The position numbers and the translations under genes are program-made. The notes beneath the pieces are model-generated. The model was not told the DNA's origin and did no database searches. It saw nothing but the letters and a program-made list of their open reading frames with translations. A DNA stretch of 64,000 bases from Trueperaceae bacterium (GTDB lineage Bacteria; Deinococcota; Deinococci; Deinococcales; Trueperaceae): positions 2,976,001-3,040,000 of the forward strand of contig CBDCDZ010000004.1 of the NCBI GenBank assembly GCA_965215565.1, in the 5' to 3' direction. Below are positions 1 to 9,315 of the stretch, piece by piece (positions within the stretch are counted from its first letter, which is position 1; every line of letters begins with the position of its first letter).

Positions 1-492
1 AGCGTCGGCATCGCCATGCTCGTGCAGCGGGCGGTCACGATGCGCGACGAAGGTAGCGGTATGGACGCCATTATGCGCGAGCTTGAACGCATCCGCGAGC
101 AGAGCCTCTTGCGCTTCACAGTAGGGAGTTTAGACTTTTTGCAGAAGAACGGGCGCATCGGCGGGGCGCAGGCGCTTTTGGGCGGGCTCCTCAAGATCAA
201 GCCGATTCTAGGACTCGTTGAGGGGCGCGTCGAACCCGTCGGGCGCGTGCGCGGCGAGAAGAAAGCGCGTTCGGAAATCGTCTCACAGACGCAAGAGTAC
301 GCGAGCAAAGAGGGTGGCACGCCGGTGGTTTACTTTCTGCATATCCAAGACCTGGAGGCGGCGGGTGAGTTGCAAAAGCAGCTAGAGGCGAGCGGGCTCG
401 AGTTTCGCAACGCGGGCACCCATGAGATCGGCGCGGTCATCGCCTCGCATGTAGGACCGGGGACGTACGGGGTCTATCTCTACACCGAATAA
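1..492 (+). CDS. DegV family fatty-acid-binding protein, 5' end outside the window
   Basis: C-terminal DegV motifs LDFLQKNGRIG, LKIKPIL and GAVIASHVGPG; the frame is open to the window edge. Confidence 0.9.
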   Translation, partial: SVGIAMLVQRAVTMRDEGSGMDAIMRELERIREQSLLRFTVGSLDFLQKNGRIGGAQALLGGLLKIKPILGLVEGRVEPVGRVRGEKKARSEIVSQTQEYASKEGGTPVVYFLHIQDLEAAGELQKQLEASGLEFRNAGTHEIGAVIASHVGPGTYGVYLYTE

Positions 493-495
493 ATC

Positions 496-532
496 AATGA
501 AAGAGCGGGCAGTCACTGCCCGCTCTTTCATT
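496..532. terminator. Bidirectional intrinsic terminator between convergent genes
   Basis: Perfect inverted repeat AATGAAAGAGCGGGCAGT-C-ACTGCCCGCTCTTTCATT. Confidence 0.85.
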
Positions 533-539
533 AAACTTT

Positions 540-1280
540 TTACGGCTTGAAGACGCTCTTGCCCTCTTTGAGCGTTACGGTGATAGTGCTGCCCGCTAAG
601 TCGGGGTCACTAGCCGTAGTGACCTCAAAGGTGACCGTCGCTGTATTAGGTGACGCTTCACCCTCGAGCCGGATAATTTCAATCGCTTTTTTCAGTTTTT
701 CGTCGGTCTCTTTTTTGACGCCTAGCTCGAGCAAGAGCGCTTTTGCCAACACCACACCGCTCGTCTCATCGTAGGTATAGTCGCAGGAGAGGTTTGTAGG
801 AGCGCAGTCTGCACCTTTATCGAAGATTAAGTTGCCGTCTAGCGTGCTCATCGTCTCTACGGTGCGCTCCGCTCCGCCTTCGCCGCCCTCGTCAGACAGG
901 GTGAGCGTTACTGTCATGTCTGTTACGGTGAACTCGCTAGGGTATCCCTCGGGACCAAGAGGCTTTGAGACTGTTGCTTTGGGGGCAAAGCCAATCTCTG
1001 ACTTGATGTAATCGCCTCCGAAGCCGTGCATATTAATATCCTGATCGTCAAAGGTAAACGTTGTCCCTTCCGCGCCCTCAGCCTGAACTGCTAAGTTCGC
1101 AGCGGCGTTTTCACTTAGCGCAATGCTGACCTTTTGGTTATCAATGCCGAAAGGGTCATTGATGGTTTGCTCGCCGATGATGTTGGAGATGAGCCCGCAG
1201 CCGCTTAGCGTGGCGGCGACAGTTAAGGCGGTTAAAGGTTGAATGATTTTAGCGTTCAAGGGAGTACCTCCAGAGGACAT
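540..1280 (-). CDS. Hypothetical lipoprotein
   Basis: Lipobox-like TLSGC after a hydrophobic stretch; the ATG at 1280 lies 7 nt after TACCGT. Confidence 0.7.
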   Translation of the reverse strand: MSSGGTPLNAKIIQPLTALTVAATLSGCGLISNIIGEQTINDPFGIDNQKVSIALSENAAANLAVQAEGAEGTTFTFDDQDINMHGFGGDYIKSEIGFAPKATVSKPLGPEGYPSEFTVTDMTVTLTLSDEGGEGGAERTVETMSTLDGNLIFDKGADCAPTNLSCDYTYDETSGVVLAKALLLELGVKKETDEKLKKAIEIIRLEGEASPNTATVTFEVTTASDPDLAGSTITVTLKEGKSVFKP

Positions 1281-1423
1281 TTCGCTCACGGTAGCACCCC
1301 CTTTTCATCCCACTTATGAAGTTTTTTAGCCGCTGTGAAGTCTTTCCTAACCGTTAGAGCGCCCTAGCGCCTCGAGCGACATTTGCACCTCTTAGACGCC
1401 CCTGTACTCCTTATGATGGCGAG

Positions 1424-2268
1424 ATGCTAGCCAAGGTCATCTCCGCCGCTGTATTAGGTGTAGACGCATTCGAAGTGCAGATTGAGGTGGACATCTCGGG
1501 CGGTCTGCCCTGCGTGATGGTGGTGGGCCTGCCCGACGCCGCCGTGCAGGAGTCGCGCGAGCGGGTGCGCTCGGCGATTCGCAACGCGGGCTTGCCCTTT
1601 CCGTCCAGCCGAATCGTCATCAACTTAGCTCCAGCCGACGTGCGCAAAGAGGGTCCAGCCTTTGACTTGCCCATCGCGCTCGCCGTTTTAGCGGCGCAAG
1701 GGGTCATCCCGCAGGAGCGTTTAGAGAGCACCGTCATCAGCGGTGAACTCGCGCTAGACGGCGCGATTCGCCCGCTCAAGGGAGCCATCAACATCAGCCT
1801 CTACGCGGCGCAAGCGAGCTTAGAGCGGGCTATCGTCCCGCCCGAAAACGCCGCTGAAGCCGCTGTCGTGAGTGACGTCGAAGTCTACGCGCCTAAAACC
1901 TTGTTAGAAGCCGTCGAGTTTTTTCAGGGGCGGAGCTTGCTCACACCCACCACGCCCAAAGAGGTCAGCAGCAGTGAGCAGCACCTCGACTTATACGATA
2001 TCAAAGGGCAAGCCGCCGCCAAGCGCGCCTTGGAGATTTCAGCGGCGGGCGCGCACAACCTCCTGATGAGTGGTCCGCCGGGCTCGGGCAAGACGATGTT
2101 GGCGCGGCGTCTGCCGGGTATCTTGCCCGCACTAACCAGAGATGAAGCCATCGAGGTCACGCGCATTCACTCGACAGCGGGAACGCTCAAAGAGCGTGGG
2201 CTCTTGACCAACCCCGTCTTTCGCGCGCCGCACCACACGATTTCGGATGCTGGACTTATCGGCGGCGG
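1424..2268 (+). pseudogene. comM: comM/yifB Mg-chelatase-like AAA+ ATPase, 5' part, interrupted by the transposon
   Basis: VGLPDAAVQESRERVR, INLAPADVRKEG, Walker A GPPGSGKT, FRAPHHTIS; similarity stops at LIGGG, and the ORF runs a few codons into the transposon end (stop at 2287). Confidence 0.95.
2264..2268 (+). repeat. 5-bp target-site duplication GGCGG, left copy
   Basis: Identical to 48608-48612; removing the element and one copy restores ATC GGC GGC GGC AAC ATT (IGGGNI) in frame. Confidence 0.95.
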
Positions 2269-2373
2269 TGTGAACCACCACAATTAACGATATTCTTTCA
2301 CTATTCCCGTTACTGCTTCCACAAACTCTGGTACTGACTGTAGTATACTCCTCAGGTGGCAGTACCACCAATT
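2269..2373 (+). repeat. Transposon end distal to tnsA, with putative TnsB-binding repeats
   Basis: Terminal inverted repeat plus ACAATTAACGATATTC, ACAAACTCTGGTACTG and an inverted CAGTACCACCAATT, all resembling the repeats at the other end. Confidence 0.7.
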
Positions 2374-4254
2374 AAGGCGATTAAGGAACTCAATAAGGAT
2401 AACGATTTTTTATGGCGTGCCCTCATGTTTGGCGAGGCGCATCTTAATTCAGGTCGGTCTACCGAGCCGCTCATCGACGTTTTCTTCGCGCCGTTAAAGG
2501 GAGAGCCCGAGCGACCGGATGAGGAAGGTTGTACGAACTATAAAGCCACGAGGTTAGTGCGCATTGGAGTAGGACAGCTCCCTCGTGTTCACGTCGGGTC
2601 CGTGTGGCGCGATGGCTTACTACGACCCCATCGGTCCCATAGATACTCGACGAAGCGCTTTAATGCACTCTCCATCGCACCGTGGACGACCTCTGTCATC
2701 CCCTTCGGTCAGAAACTAGGGCGATGGTGGAACACGTTCCATCTCGTTGCTGAAGACTATAAACAGAGCAAAGACTGGTCCAAACTATCCCAGACCAACT
2801 GCGTCGCCGTGTCGAGTCGGGGATGCGAACATAAGTTGATCATCCCGGTGGTTGAGCTGATCCGGTTTTATCATATCCAGACGAGCCGCCTCGCCGTGAT
2901 TGTCTTCACGCCCAATATCTATGACCTCAACGACATATGCAACCTGGAAAAAAGCAAGCCCGTCCGCAGGGAGGGTGACTCGGACGCGAACTACATTCAT
3001 ATGGTCCACCTCAGGCAACGGTTTTATAACGCTGACGCCTGGATCATCGCGAGATGGGTGTATTCGGAGTTTGCTAGGCGCAAAGCGCGGCAAATTCACA
3101 CCTCGCTTATGAAAGCCTCGAACGAAGGCCGTCCTACCTTTCCTGAGACTAGCTTTCCCTTCGTAGGTAAAACTGACCTCCGCGTCAGCGGTAGGTGGAT
3201 TAGAGGGGAAGACAGAGTATGGCGCTTTCTGGTCTACCGCATCCTTGAGTGCAGCGGTCCCTGGGAGTTTAGCGACCTCATGGTAGGGCGCGACAACGAC
3301 GGGCGTAGCGACGGGACTCCCGACGACGACAAACCCACAGCTTATCCTGGTGCACAAAAGACACCTCCCAACGAGGTCGACGAAGACGAAGGGGAAATCC
3401 GTAGCGACGAAGACCCCGACGCCAGCGTCGGTGACTTAGAGGTAGAGAGCGTCCTGAACAACTCGAGGTTCACGCCGTTCAAACACAAGGAACTTATCCG
3501 CGCGCCCAAGGAGCCAACGAAATACCGCAGCCGCAAACGTCCGATGCAGCCGGACGACAAACCTAATTGGAGCACAGGACCAGGAACATGGGGCGGAACG
3601 GAAACGAACCCGGTCGTGTTAGGTCCCGGAGGAGACGAAGTTTCTGAGGAGAAAGAAAAGAAAGAGACGGACGTCGAAGAGGGCAACGGTGCCGGTAAAA
3701 GCGAAAGGCAGAGCGTCCCGCCGTTGCCTGTGAGCTTTGAGACTATCGAGGGTGTTCTCAATATGCTAAGCGACAAAGCATACGGCGTTACGTTCAGCTT
3801 CATCGACCCGTATCGGCGCTCAAATCACCTGGACGCGGAAACGCCACAGGGAGAAACGGAGTCTAGTAATACCACCTTTTTCCCGACGGTAGCCGGTGGA
3901 AAAAAGCGCCGCTGGTCTTTCATCAAACGTAACCCAGACGAGATACGCGAAGCGCTTATCGTAAAACTTACGTTGGCAGAAAGGTCTTATTACCTCTTCG
4001 AGATGAGCCGCCGTCCTACAGAGGAAGGAAGGTACACGATGGCGCTTATCCGCAAAGGTGAGGGCGACGTTCTCGGAAGTTATACTCTGGATGCCATTCT
4101 GCAGACGTGCGTGCTAAACAGAGGGGGATGGCTCCAGGACAACGAATTGAGCGAACTGAGCCGACATTACCTGAAACACACCTCTAAGGACTATAAGCAA
4201 TACGCCGATAGGTTTTATAACCTCATGATCGATGAAAGCATGTGGATGGGGTAG
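2356..4254 (+). CDS. tnsE: TnsE-like target-selection protein
   Basis: Colinear resemblance, from memory, to Tn7 TnsE blocks: IIPVVELIRFY, LRVSGR, FLVYRI, an acidic linker, STGPGTWGG, YYLFEM, KH...YADR; TATACT lies 6 nt before the GTG start. Confidence 0.75.
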   Translation: MAVPPIKAIKELNKDNDFLWRALMFGEAHLNSGRSTEPLIDVFFAPLKGEPERPDEEGCTNYKATRLVRIGVGQLPRVHVGSVWRDGLLRPHRSHRYSTKRFNALSIAPWTTSVIPFGQKLGRWWNTFHLVAEDYKQSKDWSKLSQTNCVAVSSRGCEHKLIIPVVELIRFYHIQTSRLAVIVFTPNIYDLNDICNLEKSKPVRREGDSDANYIHMVHLRQRFYNADAWIIARWVYSEFARRKARQIHTSLMKASNEGRPTFPETSFPFVGKTDLRVSGRWIRGEDRVWRFLVYRILECSGPWEFSDLMVGRDNDGRSDGTPDDDKPTAYPGAQKTPPNEVDEDEGEIRSDEDPDASVGDLEVESVLNNSRFTPFKHKELIRAPKEPTKYRSRKRPMQPDDKPNWSTGPGTWGGTETNPVVLGPGGDEVSEEKEKKETDVEEGNGAGKSERQSVPPLPVSFETIEGVLNMLSDKAYGVTFSFIDPYRRSNHLDAETPQGETESSNTTFFPTVAGGKKRRWSFIKRNPDEIREALIVKLTLAERSYYLFEMSRRPTEEGRYTMALIRKGEGDVLGSYTLDAILQTCVLNRGGWLQDNELSELSRHYLKHTSKDYKQYADRFYNLMIDESMWMG

Positions 4255-4397
4255 CCCCAGACCGTTCGTTTGCTGCGAGATTACTCCGAAAGCTCCTCAG
4301 ACACTGTTAGTGTAGCCCTTGATCGTTCAGTGTGGAAGGGTTGCCCCCTCATATCGCTAACATACTACCCTTTAACTCATTCTCCCGCCAGACGGCT

Positions 4398-5588
4398 TTA
4401 CTCGTTCTCAAACGCAGTCACTTGAGCGTCTTCATCCGAGTCTATAAAGCGATTTGGGGAATCGAATAGAGCGAGATAAGGTGTGAACCGAAATCTTCGA
4501 TGACGTAAGTTCCCAGTAACTTCTTCTAGCACCCCGACTTTGATCAACTCGTTGATGGCTTTGCTAGCTGTGCCGTAGGAACAATCGAGGTAGTCCTGCG
4601 CAATCTGCACACTGATAATAGGCTGTTTGAAAAGTATGTCGAGCAGTCGTGAAGTATTCGCATTATCGCTTAGAACGAGGCGGAAGTCTTCTCTCATATT
4701 GAGTATCGCGCGAGCGGTCTCCGTAGCTTCTTTGCTTACCTCCTTGACTCCTGTGAGGAAGAACTTCAGCCATCCGTGCCAGTCACCGTCGTTACGGATC
4801 GCAGTGAGCCTATCGTAATACTGCGCCCTATGAGCTTTGAGATAATGGCTTAAATAGAGCAGCGGTTTGGCTAATACTTCTCTCTCGCAGAGAAGAAAAG
4901 TGATGAGCAGTCGTCCTACACGACCATTCCCGTCCGCGAAGGGGTGGATAGTTTCGAACTGCGCATGGGCGAGTCCGCATTTGATGAGTAGCGGAAAAGA
5001 GTCTTGACGATGGAGAAACTTCTCGAGATTGTCGAGAGCTTGATGCATTTCGTAGGGTGGAGGTGGAATAAAGTCCGCGCTGGCAAGACCAGCGCCCGGC
5101 GTCCCAATCCAATTTTGTGTTGTCCGGAATTCACCGGGCTGCTTGTTTCTACCCCTGACACCTGAGAGGAGCTTTTCGTGAATCTCTCTGATGAGACGGA
5201 GGCTTAAAGGAAGCTCTTCAAGGCGCTCCAATCCGTAGTTCATCGCGTTGATGTAATTCACGACCTCTTCCACATCCTGCGGATTTTCTGTCCCATCTTC
5301 ATCTACCTCGAAGCGTAGAACGTCTTCTAACGTGCTTTGTGTACCTTCGATCTGCGAACTCAGAACAGCTTCCTGACGCACATACATAGCAACAAACAAG
5401 TTGGGATTTGGCAGCGTCGAGGTTACGCCGTCAAGTCTAGCTAATGCTCTGTCCGCTAGTGAACTGAGTCGACCTATCTCGGAATCCAAATTTATTGCCA
5501 GATCAGGTGGAAGCGGATCAGGTATAAAAGCGGCATATCCAGTTGGTTGTTTCACATATCGCCCGGATTTTGAAATAAGGTTACTCAC
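4398..5588 (-). CDS. Fic family protein with N-terminal DUF4172-like region and C-terminal HTH
   Basis: Canonical Fic motif HPFADGNGRVGR; EAVLSSQIEG; TAAACT lies 6 nt before the GTG. Confidence 0.92.
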   Translation of the reverse strand: MSNLISKSGRYVKQPTGYAAFIPDPLPPDLAINLDSEIGRLSSLADRALARLDGVTSTLPNPNLFVAMYVRQEAVLSSQIEGTQSTLEDVLRFEVDEDGTENPQDVEEVVNYINAMNYGLERLEELPLSLRLIREIHEKLLSGVRGRNKQPGEFRTTQNWIGTPGAGLASADFIPPPPYEMHQALDNLEKFLHRQDSFPLLIKCGLAHAQFETIHPFADGNGRVGRLLITFLLCEREVLAKPLLYLSHYLKAHRAQYYDRLTAIRNDGDWHGWLKFFLTGVKEVSKEATETARAILNMREDFRLVLSDNANTSRLLDILFKQPIISVQIAQDYLDCSYGTASKAINELIKVGVLEEVTGNLRHRRFRFTPYLALFDSPNRFIDSDEDAQVTAFENE

Positions 5589-5697
5589 CTTTCCAGTTTA
5601 TCTCAACTTTTTGAAATAAGACATCTTTGACGTTTACCTTATTTCATATTTTCCTTCTTTTGTGAAATAAGTAAGACTTTTATAGGTGCTTATTTCA
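5571..5697. promoter_or_regulatory. Array of five TGAAATAAG sites in the divergent fic/xre promoter region
   Basis: Copies at 5571(+), 5612(+), 5638(-), 5663(+) and 5689(-). Confidence 0.7.
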
Positions 5698-5770
5698 CGA
5701 CAGTAAAATAATGTTCTGCTTGAATGGTATTTCTAATGATTATTATTATAATCAGTCTTACGATGAGACA

Positions 5771-6022
5771 GTGGGAACTAAGGACCACTTCACTCTCTAC
5801 GAACGAGCGTTCCTGCGGGCAGTAGGCGCACGCATTGAAATGCTCAGGCATCGACGCGGGCTGGGTTTGGAGGACGTCGCTGCCTATACGGTTCATTCAG
5901 CCGAATGGTTAAGCGGGCTCGAGGCAGGTACACAAGAGCCGAGACTCGACGACCTCTTCCAGATCGCCAAAGCTTTGGGCACCAATCCTGGCAGCTTGGT
6001 CAGTGTCGAAGTCAAGCTGTAG
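5771..6022 (+). CDS. XRE-family HTH regulator
   Basis: VGARIEMLR...LEAGTQEPRLDDLFQIAKALG; the GTG at 5771 is 6 nt after TACGAT. Confidence 0.8.
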   Translation: MGTKDHFTLYERAFLRAVGARIEMLRHRRGLGLEDVAAYTVHSAEWLSGLEAGTQEPRLDDLFQIAKALGTNPGSLVSVEVKL

Positions 6023-6074
6023 AACTCGGTCAGTTCTCATAGAAGGATAGAGCAACCCATGACACGATAGGGGC

Positions 6075-6326
6075 ATGTCGGAACGTGATTACCAACGTCG
6101 TATGGACCCGGAGTATGAGGCTTACCGCCGCAAGGTCGGGCAGAGGATCAAGGAACTGAGGGAGGACATGAATCTCAGCCAGGAGGCGTTCGGGGAAAGG
6201 GCCGGGCTCAACCGTACGCACGTGAGCTACCTGGAGGTTGCCCGGCAGGACCCGTCGCTTTTAACGCTTTTCAAGGTGGCGAAAGTGTTGGGGATGAGTG
6301 TGAGTGAGTTGCTCGAAGTGGACTAG
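6075..6326 (+). CDS. XRE-family HTH regulator (controller-protein-like)
   Basis: VGQRIKELREDMNLSQEAFGERAGLNRTHVSYLE...PSLLTLFKVAKVLG. Confidence 0.9.
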   Translation: MSERDYQRRMDPEYEAYRRKVGQRIKELREDMNLSQEAFGERAGLNRTHVSYLEVARQDPSLLTLFKVAKVLGMSVSELLEVD

Positions 6327-6352
6327 CGGCGAAGACGAAAGATTCACTGTCT

Positions 6353-7228
6353 GTGATTCAGTCGATAGGTAGACTAGGTGCCGCGAAAGATTTTTCAGCA
6401 CCACAGGACTTCGACATGATCATAGGCAAAGACTCCCCGTTTAGAAGAATTCCCCTCGAGCTTCATCGCAAGCAGAACATGTTCTTTGATGCCATTCGAG
6501 AAACTGTTGTCATAATCGATGTTAATTATCAAAGGCTGAGTAGAAATTTGTTTCACATGTCAGTCGAGCATGACCCAAGCGTACACGGTGGGTATGAGTT
6601 GGGTCTCTACCAAACCTCCACCGCCTTCTCGGACGCCTGGACCGTTATCGACTACACGAATCGCCTCAGAGGGTTGCTGGATAAGTTACCCGTGGCTAAG
6701 ATAAAGCGGTTCCCGCCCAAGCGTGTTTTCCTCGAAGAGACGGCGGACGTTAAACCGCTACGCAACGGTTTCCAACATCTCAACGAGCATATCAGCAAAG
6801 CTCCGGATGTCACGATGCCAGTATTGGGAGAGTTGAGCTGGTTTGCCCTTGCAGATGAAGAGGGTCGCTTCGGCTACTCATGCGTGATGCCCTCAGGTAT
6901 GCTTATTCCTAATCGCGGGTACTATCCGGTCAATCCTGCTGGCGCTACACTGAATGAGCGCGTCAATCTTGTCACGTTGCGGGTGGAAGACAAAGCGGTT
7001 TGTCTCAGCGATACAGTTGTTGCTGTAACTAAGCTCGTGCGGAGCTTCGAGGAACAGCTCGAGCGCCATCTCAACAAGCACTGGAGTAAAGATGAACCGG
7101 GCACATCCTTCGGCACGAATGTCATGGCGGGGATTCCTTTTGCTCGCGTAGATGAATCATGGCTTTTGCTCTTGCCACCAGAAGAGAAGGAAACTTACTC
7201 ACACTTTCCCTCTATACCCCCCGTGTAG
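6353..7228 (+). CDS. Hypothetical protein with a HEPN-like RxxxxH motif
   Basis: Helical N-terminal half ending in LRNGFQH. Confidence 0.5.
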   Translation: MIQSIGRLGAAKDFSAPQDFDMIIGKDSPFRRIPLELHRKQNMFFDAIRETVVIIDVNYQRLSRNLFHMSVEHDPSVHGGYELGLYQTSTAFSDAWTVIDYTNRLRGLLDKLPVAKIKRFPPKRVFLEETADVKPLRNGFQHLNEHISKAPDVTMPVLGELSWFALADEEGRFGYSCVMPSGMLIPNRGYYPVNPAGATLNERVNLVTLRVEDKAVCLSDTVVAVTKLVRSFEEQLERHLNKHWSKDEPGTSFGTNVMAGIPFARVDESWLLLLPPEEKETYSHFPSIPPV

Positions 7229-8670
7229 CTGTGACTATCCACCAGTACCCCTGAAGCGTCAAAGAGAGATGCTGTATCCCCACTGTTATTCCACACCGCT
7301 CCACCCGAGTTGGGCACGGTGATGATCTCCTCAGCACTCGCCTGGATACTTGGTAGCGCAAAGCTACGGCCACTTTCGTCCTCAATCGTCCACCCTGAGA
7401 AGTCTACAGACGCTAAAGCTTCAACTTGCACATACTCGTTGCCGTTGTCACTACCTGGCGGGTTGTAATATACGCAGACCACACGGGCTTGCCCGGTCGA
7501 CGGGGGTGGCGAGGACTCTGAAGGCGGCGCGGGTTGCACATCCGGCACGTCCTTCTCCGTCATCGCCTCATAGCTGCCATCGGCGAGGGCTGTGATAGTG
7601 ACCGCCCCATCTCGATCCGTCCGGTAGATGGTCGCCCCTACGCCCCTATAGAGGCTCAGTGCCTGCTCCGTAGGGTGTCCGTAAGGGTTATCTTCTCCAA
7701 CCCCTATTACGACTGTCTCCGGCTCCCAGGTCTGCACGCTCTCCAGGGTATCGCCGTTCTTTGACCCGTGGTGAGACGACTTATAGACCTCTACGCCACG
7801 CAGGTACTCAGGCGTATTCTCCAGCCACCACTCGAACTGCTCTCGCTCGGCGTCCCCTGTCAAGGCCGCTTCGAAGTCGCCGAAGTCGAGCACGACCCCT
7901 ATGCTGTTGCTGTTCCTCCCATAGCTCTCTATCAGCGGGGGCGGGATGATCTCTAGGCTCGCGTCACCTAAGCTGATGGTGCGACGGGTAGGCTCGAGCA
8001 CCTGGCTCTCTGCCTCTTCCACCGCCGCGAGCAGGTCGCGGTACACCCCGGTATCCGTACCCAAGCCGTTGTCCATGTAGAAGCGAGGTTTGTAGGCACG
8101 GATGACCGCGTCTAAGCCACCGATGTGGTCAGCATCGGGGTGGGAAGCGATGACGAGGTCGAGCGTTTTGATACCTAAGGCTTGGAGGTAGGGTAAAGCG
8201 TCGTCGTCCCAGCGCCCGCCGTCGTAGAGTACCGCCTGACCTTCTGTGCCAATCAGCAGGACACTGTCTCCTTGACCGACGTCTAGGAAGTGAATTTGAA
8301 TCTCTCCTACGGCTTCAGGTGCGTCGGGCTCCGGCTCGGTGATGGGATTGTTCTCCGGCGTAAACAGCGCACCAACGCTGAGGTCTTGATTCGCCTCTAG
8401 GGTGCAGCTCGAGCTCACCTGACCTTCACAGGCTCCACTCCAACTATTTATGGTATAGCCCGTATTGGGCACCGCCGTGAGTGTGACTGTGCTGACTTCG
8501 TCTAGCTCGAGCGTACAGCTACTGGGGCAGTCAAGGCTAGACTGAGCGGTGACGCGCCCATTGGCAGGTGGCTCGACGCTCAGCGTGTACGTCTCTGCCT
8601 CGGTCGTGGTGGGCTCTGCGCAGCCACTCAAGAAGAGAGAGCCGACCAGGAGCAACCATAGAGGTCTCAC
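7195..8670 (-). CDS. Lipoprotein: repeat domain + ComEC/Rec2-type metallo-beta-lactamase nuclease + lamin-tail domain
   Basis: Lipobox FLSGC; FLDVGQGD, SHPDADHIGG, LTGDAE, HHGS, NPYGHP, IYRTD; C-terminal NEYVQV...SGWTIED...VWNNSGD. Confidence 0.88.
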   Translation of the reverse strand: MRPLWLLLVGSLFLSGCAEPTTTEAETYTLSVEPPANGRVTAQSSLDCPSSCTLELDEVSTVTLTAVPNTGYTINSWSGACEGQVSSSCTLEANQDLSVGALFTPENNPITEPEPDAPEAVGEIQIHFLDVGQGDSVLLIGTEGQAVLYDGGRWDDDALPYLQALGIKTLDLVIASHPDADHIGGLDAVIRAYKPRFYMDNGLGTDTGVYRDLLAAVEEAESQVLEPTRRTISLGDASLEIIPPPLIESYGRNSNSIGVVLDFGDFEAALTGDAEREQFEWWLENTPEYLRGVEVYKSSHHGSKNGDTLESVQTWEPETVVIGVGEDNPYGHPTEQALSLYRGVGATIYRTDRDGAVTITALADGSYEAMTEKDVPDVQPAPPSESSPPPSTGQARVVCVYYNPPGSDNGNEYVQVEALASVDFSGWTIEDESGRSFALPSIQASAEEIITVPNSGGAVWNNSGDTASLFDASGVLVDSHSYTGGIEGKCE

Positions 8671-8930
8671 AGCTCGATATCGCCCTTTGGACCTTTAGGC
8701 AAGTGCTCACGGCGTTCTCTAGCTGTCTCTCGTCTTTTGGCTGTTTCAGTGGTGTCGACGGTGAAGCTCACGCGGCTTGCTTTACCCTTGGACACCGCAT
8801 CTACGTTGAGCCCGTCGCCCTCTCGAGCTTCTTCTGGCAGCCATTCGCGAGGTGCGTTGAAGAGTTCGCCGTCAGGTCTTTCTAAGACAGCCCAGCCGTT
8901 GTCTTCGAAGCGTTCGATGATGAAATGCAT
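8667..8930 (-). CDS. DUF3006-like protein, translationally coupled to the nuclease
   Basis: IIERFEDNGWAVLE...WLPEEAREGD; GTGA overlap with the next gene; TACACT lies 7 nt before the ATG. Confidence 0.8.
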   Translation of the reverse strand: MHFIIERFEDNGWAVLERPDGELFNAPREWLPEEAREGDGLNVDAVSKGKASRVSFTVDTTETAKRRETARERREHLPKGPKGDIEL

Positions 8931-9063
8931 AGGATTCAGTGTATATGCTTATTCCCCGACACTCAGGAAATTACTAACTTCGCTACTTCTTGTGACTCGG
9001 ATAAGGAAAGCATGTGTAATTGGGCTCTGGTGTGAAAATCTATATATCTCTAATTTTAGCTGA

Positions 9064-9315
9064 ATGCTTAAATGTTCAAACACTCATACTCCCCACATCA
9101 AATCTTGGCGGTGCTCTTTGCCTCTACCTCTGCAAGACGAAAAACTAGCACAAACCCATAAGCTCAAGCTCGCTCAGGGCTGGAAGCGCGTGGCAACTCT
9201 CCTTACTCCTGAGGAACATCGCAATCTCAAGCTGCGAGCAGTAGCAACCGGAGAGGACATGAGCGATATCTTGCGGGGCCTTGTGCTGCGGTATCTCGAG
9301 GAGAAGCCCTCGTGA
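9064..9315 (+). CDS. Small ribbon-helix-helix-like DNA-binding protein (start uncertain)
   Basis: KRVATLLTPEEHRNLKLRAVATGEDMSDILRGLVLRYL; its stop overlaps the helicase start. Confidence 0.6.
   Translation: MLKCSNTHTPHIKSWRCSLPLPLQDEKLAQTHKLKLAQGWKRVATLLTPEEHRNLKLRAVATGEDMSDILRGLVLRYLEEKPS

Noticed and set aside
7195..8670. The true comEC DNA-uptake channel
   Set aside because: No multi-pass competence domain; it is a lipoprotein with only the MBL domain
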